From contig JAFZQT010000033.1 in the NCBI GenBank assembly GCA_017620235.1, positions 42,114-106,113 of the forward strand: a stretch of DNA of 64,000 nt. The letters are read 5' to 3'. This document shows positions 56,329-64,000 of the stretch, piece by piece. The stretch's first letter is position 1, and every line of letters begins with the position of its first letter. The position numbers and the translations under genes are program-made. This stretch comes from Butyrivibrio sp. GTDB lineage: Bacteria; Bacillota; Clostridia; Lachnospirales; Lachnospiraceae. Below the pieces are notes generated by a model. It saw only the letters and a program-made list of their open reading frames with translations. It ran no database searches and was not told the DNA's origin.

Positions 56329-58019
56329 GCGGTATTTTAAATGTATCACAACAAAATACTACAATTACCATTGATGGTGTTCAGACCAAAATGCAGCCTG
56401 CTGAGGGCAAACCTATTGAGCTTAAGGCAGGCGACAGTATTCAGGGTACGGTTATAGCCGTATCTGAAGAAGACGGCGAGAGATACGCCAATATCAGTCT
56501 GGGCGATAATGTTATACGTGCCAAACTTTCTGAAGAAATGGGACTAAGGCAGGGGCAGACATTGAATTTTGCCGTTAAGTCTTTGTCTAAAAACGGAGTT
56601 TCACTTACACCTCTTTTTGAAAACACAGCTGTTTCTCTTAGCACGGAGAAAGCGTTAAATGCTGCGGGTATAGCAATTACGCGCGATAGCGTAGCTATGG
56701 TCGAGAGCATGATGAAAACGGGGCTTCCTATCAATAAGGATGCGCTTCGTGACATGAACAATGTGGTTTCTTCTTTTCAGAATGCTTCTATTTCAACGCT
56801 TGTTGAGATGAAGAGTCTAGATATTCCAATTACTGAAAATAACATTTCACAGTTTGAAAATTACAAAAACTATGAGCATCAGGTCATAAATGAGATGCAT
56901 GAGTTTGCAGATGAGCTTCCCCAAGCTTTTAACTCGCTTGCTTCTGAGGGGAAAATCGATCAGGCACTTTCTCTTTATAAAGGCATCATAAATGAATTTG
57001 TTTCAACTCAGGAACCTGTTGTCGCAGAAGGTGCTGAGATATCGGAAGAGCAGGTAAATGTTACCGCTAATTCATCTGTGGATAATGTAGATAAGTTTGT
57101 TGATAAAAATGATGAGGGTGTCATTTCTTTAGAGGTGGCAAGGGATAGCGAGGTTGCTAAAAATGGCGAAAAAGTCGTTTTTGACGATCCAAACAAGGCA
57201 GAATTTGTAAATAAGTTGAAAGAGCTGGGTGTTTCTCCCAAGGTAATTGAGAGGTATATTTCGGCTGAAAATGCACAGAATCAGGAGATAAAGTTTGACG
57301 GAAAAGAGTTACTTAAAGAGCTTTCGTCTATGCTTTCAGAAACCGAAAATCTGTCCGAGGAGTCAAAAGCTCTTTTCAAGGATCTCTTTTCACATAAAGA
57401 GTTTGGAAAAATATTGAAGAACGCCATATCTGATGACTGGCTTCTAAAGCCTTTTGACGTCGAGAAGAAAGACAATGTAACTGCGCTTTATCAAAGGCTT
57501 GGAAGTCAGCTTAAGAGCTTATCTGAGACTGTCACAAACAATCTGGGTGCTGAATCCAAGCTTGCAAATACTGTGAGCAACATGCAGAACAATCTTGATT
57601 TTATGAATCAACTGAATCAGATCTTTCAGTATGTTCAGCTTCCGCTTCAGATGAGCAGACAGGATGCGCACGGCGATCTGTACGTTTACAGAAACAAGAA
57701 TAAAAGAGTCAGCGAGGATGGTTCCGTCAGCGCGGTACTGCACCTTGATATGGAAAATCTGGGACCTGTTGACGTGTTTGTTAAGATGAAGGAAAATAAG
57801 GTTTCAACGAATTTCTTTGTTATGGATGAGAGTATTCTTGATCTTATAAATGACAACATTCATATCCTCAACGAGAGGCTTGAAAAGCGCGGATATATGA
57901 TGCAGGTCAAGATGATGCTTCACGATGATAAAGATGACGGCGATATGGCTGTAGATGAGATGTTTGACGTCAATAAGATGTCTGTTATCTCTACGGCTTC
58001 ATTCGATGCGAGGGCATAG
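56325..58019 (+). CDS. FliK-like flagellar hook-length-control domain protein
   Basis: C-terminal YVQLPL, LHLDMENLGPVDV, L...L...GY and FDARA; adjacent to an FlhB-cytoplasmic-domain gene. Confidence 0.7.
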   Translation: MSGILNVSQQNTTITIDGVQTKMQPAEGKPIELKAGDSIQGTVIAVSEEDGERYANISLGDNVIRAKLSEEMGLRQGQTLNFAVKSLSKNGVSLTPLFENTAVSLSTEKALNAAGIAITRDSVAMVESMMKTGLPINKDALRDMNNVVSSFQNASISTLVEMKSLDIPITENNISQFENYKNYEHQVINEMHEFADELPQAFNSLASEGKIDQALSLYKGIINEFVSTQEPVVAEGAEISEEQVNVTANSSVDNVDKFVDKNDEGVISLEVARDSEVAKNGEKVVFDDPNKAEFVNKLKELGVSPKVIERYISAENAQNQEIKFDGKELLKELSSMLSETENLSEESKALFKDLFSHKEFGKILKNAISDDWLLKPFDVEKKDNVTALYQRLGSQLKSLSETVTNNLGAESKLANTVSNMQNNLDFMNQLNQIFQYVQLPLQMSRQDAHGDLYVYRNKNKRVSEDGSVSAVLHLDMENLGPVDVFVKMKENKVSTNFFVMDESILDLINDNIHILNERLEKRGYMMQVKMMLHDDKDDGDMAVDEMFDVNKMSVISTASFDARA

Positions 58020-58021
58020 CG

Positions 58022-58321
58022 ATGGCAGAAAAAGATGAGAACAAAAAAATAAAGACCGCCGTTGCTCTCGGATACGATCCAAACGAGGACGGAGCGCCGA
58101 GAGTAATCGCTTCGGGAAAAGGTGCTCTTGCCGAGAAGATCATTGAGCAGGCGCAGGAAAACAAGATTCCTGTCCATGAAGATGACAAGCTGGCGGACAC
58201 ACTTTCAAGACTCGAGATTGGTGAGATGATCCCTCCCGAGCTTTATGAAGTTGTCGCTGAGATCCTTGTCTTCGTCGATGCTATGGACAAGATTAAGGCA
58301 AAAGATAAGTCTCGGAAATGA
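58022..58321 (+). CDS. EscU/YscU/HrcU (FlhB C-terminal domain-like) protein
   Basis: AVALGY...APRVIASGKG..AEKII, IPPELYEVVAEIL. Confidence 0.9.
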   Translation: MAEKDENKKIKTAVALGYDPNEDGAPRVIASGKGALAEKIIEQAQENKIPVHEDDKLADTLSRLEIGEMIPPELYEVVAEILVFVDAMDKIKAKDKSRK

Positions 58322-58333
58322 AAATGAGTTATT

Positions 58334-58702
58334 ATGAATAAAAGAGATTTGGGAACTTTTTATGAGAATATTGCCGCTGAGTATATTAAAAGTCACGGCG
58401 GAAGGATAATAAAAAGAAACTTCAGGGTAAGGCAGGGCGAAATCGATATTATCGCAAAAGACGGCGATTATCTTTGCTTTGTTGAAGTTAAATACAGAAG
58501 CAAGGACGATTACGGCAATCCGCTTGATGCCGTGGGATATGCAAAACAAAGAACAATATGCAAGGTTTCTGAGGTGTATATCAATATGACCGGAGCAGAT
58601 TTTGATGCGCCTATAAGGTATGATGTAATTGCAGTACATACATCGGATGATGGAATGTACAGTGTAAGCTGGCTTAAGGATGCTTATGAATACGTTTTAT
58701 GA
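58334..58702 (+). CDS. YraN-family putative endonuclease
   Basis: RNFR...GEIDIIA, FVEVKYR, RYDVIAV. Confidence 0.92.
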   Translation: MNKRDLGTFYENIAAEYIKSHGGRIIKRNFRVRQGEIDIIAKDGDYLCFVEVKYRSKDDYGNPLDAVGYAKQRTICKVSEVYINMTGADFDAPIRYDVIAVHTSDDGMYSVSWLKDAYEYVL

Positions 58703-58766
58703 AAAGGATTTGGAGAGATAAATGATTAGATATATTGACATAAAGAGATGCGGCAGCGAAAGGACT

Positions 58767-59603
58767 ATGGAACTTAGAGAAAAGAAAGGGGTTCACTACC
58801 TTGTTTTTCCAAAGATAGAGGAACTGGGGATTGTTGATCATCTGTTCAGCACAAGACTCGGGGGAGTTTCCAAGGGATACTTTTCCGAAATGAATCTAAG
58901 CTATACAAGAGGCGATGAAAAAGAAGCCGTAGATGAGAATTACAGAAGGATATCCGATGTCCTCGGGCACGGAAGAAAGCTTGATGATTTCGTGTGCACA
59001 TTCCAGACGCACACTGTAAATGTAATGAAAGTTACCGAAGAAGACAGGGGAAAAGGACCTGCAAAGCTTCGTGATTATACAGATATAGACGGGCTTATCA
59101 CAAATATTCCCGGAATAATTCTGTCGACGTTTCATGCGGATTGCCCGCCGGTATTTTTTATAGATCCCGTAAAAAAGGCTATCGGTCTTTCTCATTCCGG
59201 ATGGAAGGGAACAAAAGGCGAGATAGCGGCAAGGACTATTGAGGCAATGACAAAGGAGTACGGAACGGATCCCAAGGATCTTATCTGTGCAGTCGGACCT
59301 TCAATCTGCGGTGAGTGCTATGAGATTGGCGCCGATGTTGCGGAGGAGTTCTCGGAGAATTATACTAAGGAAGAACTTGAAAACGAAAAGATAATTGTGC
59401 CTTATCCGAATGATAAATTCAGGCTCTATCTGTGGAATGCCATCAGATATACGCTTAAAAAGAGCGGCGTAAAACCTGAGAATATACTTGTTACCGATAT
59501 CTGTACCAGATGTAATCCGGATCTGTTGTTCTCGCACAGAGTTCACAAGGACAACAGGGGAAATCTGTGTGCATTTCTGTCACTAAAAGATGATAAAGAG
59601 TAA
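58767..59603 (+). CDS. pgeF: PgeF/YfiH-family purine nucleoside phosphorylase
   Basis: FSTRLGGVS, QTH, DGLIT, ADC, HSGWKGT, GPSI...CYE, FSHR. Start could be 58722. Confidence 0.9.
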   Translation: MELREKKGVHYLVFPKIEELGIVDHLFSTRLGGVSKGYFSEMNLSYTRGDEKEAVDENYRRISDVLGHGRKLDDFVCTFQTHTVNVMKVTEEDRGKGPAKLRDYTDIDGLITNIPGIILSTFHADCPPVFFIDPVKKAIGLSHSGWKGTKGEIAARTIEAMTKEYGTDPKDLICAVGPSICGECYEIGADVAEEFSENYTKEELENEKIIVPYPNDKFRLYLWNAIRYTLKKSGVKPENILVTDICTRCNPDLLFSHRVHKDNRGNLCAFLSLKDDKE

Positions 59604-59620
59604 TTTATTGCGAGGTTATT

Positions 59621-60316
59621 ATGGAAAACATTTTAGTATGTGATGATGATAAAGAAATAGTTGATGCCATTGAGATCTACCTTGAGCAGGAAGGGTTCAG
59701 GGTTTACAAGGCATATGACGGCATAGAGGCTATAGATGTGATGAAACAGGCTGAGATACAGCTTGCGATAGTTGATATCATGATGCCCAGAATGGACGGA
59801 ATACATTTTGTAAAAGAGCTCAGGAAATTCAGCACTGTTCCCGTTATTTTCCTTTCTGCAAAAAGTGAGGATTCGGACAAGATCCTTGGACTTAATATCG
59901 GTGCTGATGATTACGTCTCCAAGCCTTTTAATCCTCTTGAGCTTGTTGCAAGAGTTAAGTCCAATCTCAGAAGATACGTGTCACTTGGACGCATGGAAGA
60001 AAAAGAAAATGTCTATTCTTCCGGCGGACTTGTTATCGACGACAATTCAAAAGAGTGCTTTGTTTACGGCGAGAGCATAAGACTTACACCTATTGAGTAC
60101 AATATTCTTGCTTTCCTTGTAAAGAACAAGGGAAAAGTCTATTCAATTAATCAGATCTATGAGCAGATATGGCATGATTCTGCGGTTCGCGTAGACAACA
60201 CGATCGCGGTACACATCAGACATATCCGTGAAAAAATTGAGATCAATCCCAAAGATCCCAAATTCCTTAAGGTTGTATGGGGCGTCGGATATAAGGTTGA
60301 GGACGAGATCATATGA
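59621..60316 (+). CDS. OmpR-family response regulator
   Basis: LVCDDD, DIMMP.MDG, LSAK, GADDY..KPF, VWGVGYK. Confidence 0.95.
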   Translation: MENILVCDDDKEIVDAIEIYLEQEGFRVYKAYDGIEAIDVMKQAEIQLAIVDIMMPRMDGIHFVKELRKFSTVPVIFLSAKSEDSDKILGLNIGADDYVSKPFNPLELVARVKSNLRRYVSLGRMEEKENVYSSGGLVIDDNSKECFVYGESIRLTPIEYNILAFLVKNKGKVYSINQIYEQIWHDSAVRVDNTIAVHIRHIREKIEINPKDPKFLKVVWGVGYKVEDEII

Positions 60317-62781
60317 GAAAAAACGGCTTTAAATATAGCGTAACCATGCGCATCATACAACATATTTTGGCTGCTTTTGTTGTCTTTATCGTCATCTATT
60401 CTGTTGTTGGAACGAGTGTCGTGATCAACAGCGCGGGAAAAGATGTTTCTTATAATCTCTATGAATCTGATAAAAGCAGAAGCTACGAGGAATCATATCT
60501 TTTTAACAATATCCTTGGAAATAATATGTCAAATGTGTTCAGGCTTGTTGCCGAGAGAACACAGCTTGAGACAAAGGGGCAGTATAACGGCAAGAAAGTG
60601 ATTGATGTCACGGCATATGCGAGTAAAGGAAGCGTTTTGCCGGGAGATTATATCACGGCAAATTATTATCTTGCAGATCTTTTGACCTGGGGTAAAAGTG
60701 GGTTTGAATATAAGCCCATGAAATTCACCGAAAGTGACAGCGCAAAGTTCTTAAGTCCCGCAACAACGTACACACATCTTAAAAACAATGTGGTTTCGGG
60801 CGGAATGAACTCATACTTAAGTTCACAGCTCGATGATAACAGTTTTCTTTTTACCATATCGGGGAATTCTGCGCCTGAAGGCGGAACGTACAATATACTT
60901 ACTCAGAAATACAAGACTGTAGACGGAAAGAATATAGAGAACATCGTTTCGAATTGGGAAGACTACAATCTTTTGGCTTCGTATGTCGAGGAATCGGCGA
61001 CTAACCTTGCCCTTAACTTCTCGGAGTACGGCAGGCTTATAAATAATTACAGCTATCAGAATTCCAACATCAGATATTACATCACCAGAATAATCAACGG
61101 AAAGACGGAAGTTTACACCAATGTCGATGAACTCAAGGATGAGATCGTGGGCGTTGATATTCTTGAGAAGTTCAAGAACTATGGAAGATATATCTATTAT
61201 TGCCCGTATGAGTTTTTGTATGAGACAGACACTCTTATAAATGAGAACACTGTAAGATCTGTTATCAATACATACGGCTACGCATATCCGGATCAGATCA
61301 AGGTTTATATCGGAATCGACACAAAAGAATATCCGGCATCTGATGATTTTACCAAGGGAAAGGCAAGCTTTTCAAAGTACATGCCTTACAGAAGCCAAAT
61401 GTATCTTATCTGCGGATTTGCAATTCTTTCTTACCTTATTATTTTCACGGTTTATATCGCGAAGATTCCGGTAAGAGTGCAGCTTGATTATGGAAAAAAG
61501 AGAATTCCCACGGAAATACTTATCTTTGTCTGTGCGCTTATTATGGCTATCCCGTTCATAGTTGTCGGCGCAGTCATGACGGCGTGGAGTATCAATTTTG
61601 ACAAGATATTCAGGCATGTACTGTTCCCGTATTACGGAATGGTATCGTCGGTAATTATTGATATAGGTCTGCTTTCGCTTGTATATGGCCTTGTTCAAAA
61701 GGGAAAAGACAAGGTGCTGTGGGAAGACAGCTTTTTGAAAAAGATCGTTGAGATGTTCAGGGACATGTTCATGAATACCACGAACAATACAAGCGTGATC
61801 ATCAGGACCTGGATTCCGTATGTGCTTTTCATTGCCTTGAACTATATGCTGTTTAGAATAGGCGTTCTTGGTATTGTTATTGCTGCATTTTTTGATGTTC
61901 TGGTGGGACTGTATCTTTACAGGCAGAACCATGACAGAGAAGGAATCATTCATGTCATTGAGAATATCAAAAAGGGCGATGTTAGTGCCAAGGTTGATGT
62001 CAGCGAACTTCATTCCGATAACGTCAATCTTGCTGAAGCAGTGAACTCGATCGGTGAAGGTATAAAGATTGCGGTAAATAAGAGTATGAAGGATGAGAAG
62101 CTAAAGGCAGATCTTATTACCAATGTATCTCACGATATCAAGACACCGCTTACTTCCATTATTAACTATGTCGATCTTATCAAGCGCGAAAACATTGATA
62201 ATGAGAAGGTAAAAGAGTATGTTGAGGTTCTCGAGACTAAATCGCAGAAATTAAAGCAGCTCACAGAGGATCTTGTCGAAGCATCCAAGATAAGTTCTGG
62301 AAATATAAGTATTCAGCTTGGAAATATAGATTTTGTTGAGTTTATAAACCAGACTATAGGCGAGTTCTACGAGAAGTTTGAAGATCATTCCCTCACACCG
62401 ATTTTTAAGCACGAAGATCAGAGCATGTGTATAAATGCCGATGCAAGACATCTTTGGAGAGTTGTAGAGAACCTTCTCAATAATGTATGCAAATATGCGC
62501 TTCCCGGAACCAGAGTATATATGGATATGGCGTATATCAAAGAGGGAGAGCAGAATAAGAAGGTTGAGTTTTCAGTAAAGAATATTTCGGAATCAGAGCT
62601 TGATATAGGCCCCGATGAGCTTACAGAGAGATTTATCAGAGGTGATGAGTCCAGAACGACCGAAGGAAGCGGACTTGGACTTTCTATCGCAAAGAATCTG
62701 ACAGTTGCTCAGGGCGGAGAGTTTGATATCAGGCTTGACGGAGATCTTTTTAAAGTAGTTATTACATTTGATTGTGTTTAA
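60313..62781 (+). CDS. Membrane sensor histidine kinase
   Basis: H-box NVSHDIKTPLTS, N-box ENLLNNVCKY, ERFIRGD.SR..EGSGLGL; large extracellular N-terminal region and several TMs. Confidence 0.93.
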   Translation: MRKNGFKYSVTMRIIQHILAAFVVFIVIYSVVGTSVVINSAGKDVSYNLYESDKSRSYEESYLFNNILGNNMSNVFRLVAERTQLETKGQYNGKKVIDVTAYASKGSVLPGDYITANYYLADLLTWGKSGFEYKPMKFTESDSAKFLSPATTYTHLKNNVVSGGMNSYLSSQLDDNSFLFTISGNSAPEGGTYNILTQKYKTVDGKNIENIVSNWEDYNLLASYVEESATNLALNFSEYGRLINNYSYQNSNIRYYITRIINGKTEVYTNVDELKDEIVGVDILEKFKNYGRYIYYCPYEFLYETDTLINENTVRSVINTYGYAYPDQIKVYIGIDTKEYPASDDFTKGKASFSKYMPYRSQMYLICGFAILSYLIIFTVYIAKIPVRVQLDYGKKRIPTEILIFVCALIMAIPFIVVGAVMTAWSINFDKIFRHVLFPYYGMVSSVIIDIGLLSLVYGLVQKGKDKVLWEDSFLKKIVEMFRDMFMNTTNNTSVIIRTWIPYVLFIALNYMLFRIGVLGIVIAAFFDVLVGLYLYRQNHDREGIIHVIENIKKGDVSAKVDVSELHSDNVNLAEAVNSIGEGIKIAVNKSMKDEKLKADLITNVSHDIKTPLTSIINYVDLIKRENIDNEKVKEYVEVLETKSQKLKQLTEDLVEASKISSGNISIQLGNIDFVEFINQTIGEFYEKFEDHSLTPIFKHEDQSMCINADARHLWRVVENLLNNVCKYALPGTRVYMDMAYIKEGEQNKKVEFSVKNISESELDIGPDELTERFIRGDESRTTEGSGLGLSIAKNLTVAQGGEFDIRLDGDLFKVVITFDCV

Positions 62782-62896
62782 TCTGATAAAGTGTATTGAT
62801 ATCCTTGACTTGTCAGCAAGCATAATGATAAAACATTATAGGAAGTTAAATGCTTCATAAAAATACAAACTTCATATTCCGAAGAAAGGAAAAAAT

Positions 62897-64000
62897 ATGC
62901 CAGATTTTTCTAAACTGGAAACTTCTATTCCGGTAGCTCCGCTTAATTTAATCGTTATGGACTCAGCAAAAGAGCTGGGAGATAGCGTAGATCACTATAT
63001 CGCGGAGTTTCGCCATAACCTTTACAAAATGCCTGAGAATGACCCCGCCTTCCACGGCTACGTTAAGGACAGTTACAAGATCGATTACTGCCTTAATCGT
63101 TTCGGAAGCGGTGAAGCAAAGGCTGCAATCAATGAAAGCGTTCGTGGAAACGACGTCTATATTCTCACTGATGTATGCAACTACAGCATTACATATAAAA
63201 TGTATAACTACGTAAATCACAAATCGCCTGACGATCATTATCAGGATCTTAAGAGAGTGATCGGTGCCCTTACAGGCAAGGCGAAAAGAATAAATGTCAT
63301 CATGCCCTTCTTATATGAAGGAAGACAGCATAAGAGAAACGGAATGGAATCTCTTGATGCTGCGCAGATGTTTAAAGAACTGTATGACATGGGCATTTCA
63401 AACTTCATTACGTTTGATGCTCACGATCCGAGAATCTCCAACTCAAAACCTCTCGGAGGATTTGATAACTTCCTTGCATCATACCAGTTCATGAAGGCTC
63501 TGCTTTCACATATTGATGACCTTATCGTTGATAAAGATCATCTTACCGTTATCAGCCCGGACGAAGGAGCTCTCGACAGAGCGGTATATTTTGCCAACGT
63601 TATCGGCGCAGATACAGGTATGTTCTATAAGAGACGTGACTATGCTCACGTTGTAAACGGAAGCAACCCTATTGTTGCTCACGAGTTCCTCGGTTCCGAC
63701 ATTTTAGGAAGAGACGTTATCGTAATCGACGACATGATCTCATCCGGATCAAGTATGATCGATACAGCTAAGCAGCTTAAGAACATGGGCGCTAAGCGCG
63801 TGTTCATCTGCACTACATTCGGTCTTTTCACAAACGGAATGGACAAGTTTGACGAGGGATATGAAAAGAAATACTTTGATGCCGTTATCACGACAAACCT
63901 TACATACATGGATCCCGAGATAACAACAAGACCTTACATATTCATTGCGGATATGGGTAAGTTCCTTGCAACCATCATCGATTTCCTGAATCACGATGCT
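62897..64000 (+). CDS. prs: Ribose-phosphate pyrophosphokinase (3' end outside window)
   Basis: Not in the ORF track because it has no stop in the window. ATG 62897 frame reads RFGSGEAK..INESVRG, MPFLYEGRQH, DAHDP, SPDEG, DDMISSG. Confidence 0.92.
   Translation, partial: MPDFSKLETSIPVAPLNLIVMDSAKELGDSVDHYIAEFRHNLYKMPENDPAFHGYVKDSYKIDYCLNRFGSGEAKAAINESVRGNDVYILTDVCNYSITYKMYNYVNHKSPDDHYQDLKRVIGALTGKAKRINVIMPFLYEGRQHKRNGMESLDAAQMFKELYDMGISNFITFDAHDPRISNSKPLGGFDNFLASYQFMKALLSHIDDLIVDKDHLTVISPDEGALDRAVYFANVIGADTGMFYKRRDYAHVVNGSNPIVAHEFLGSDILGRDVIVIDDMISSGSSMIDTAKQLKNMGAKRVFICTTFGLFTNGMDKFDEGYEKKYFDAVITTNLTYMDPEITTRPYIFIADMGKFLATIIDFLNHDA

Noticed and set aside
56325-58321. Type III secretion island
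   Set aside because: A FliK-like gene plus a short FlhB-domain gene between rnhB and yraN is a common arrangement in flagellated Firmicutes; no export apparatus genes are here.

Overview
Chromosomal window from a low-GC Firmicute, most likely a Lachnospiraceae member (inferred from gene content and synteny). It opens with the 3' part of a GH18 gene. Next is a YtrA/GntR-controlled ABC locus that runs without a gap into an unusual hybrid transporter cluster: MalF/MalG-type permeases, a membrane-fusion protein, a MacB-like protein and three paralogous lipoproteins. Then come mscL, cobQ, mnmA, a small AT-rich two-gene islet, a hexuronate locus (LacI, uxaC, uxaA) and a frameshifted cNMP-domain gene. 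The rest is mostly housekeeping: tmcAL, ackA, rpmF-plsX-acpP-rnc-smc-ftsY, ilvA, ylxM-ffh-rpsP-khpA-trmD-rimM, a nucleoside salvage/ABC cluster, rplS-lepB-rbgA-lepB-rnhB, a FliK/FlhB-like pair, yraN, pgeF, a two-component system and prs (truncated by the window edge). The best novelty candidate is the islet at 18.8-19.85 kb. It has an operator-overlapped promoter, a small HTH protein and an LPD3/BECR-like putative RNase. The 3' end of the RNase gene is overlapped by a predicted ~63-nt antisense RNA with its own promoter, a UUCG hairpin and a U-tail. A 184-bp multi-hairpin element with GAA triloops after rplS and the hybrid ABC/MFP cluster are also notable. No rRNA, tRNA, CRISPR array or transposase was seen. 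All product calls come from motif recognition, not database searches.
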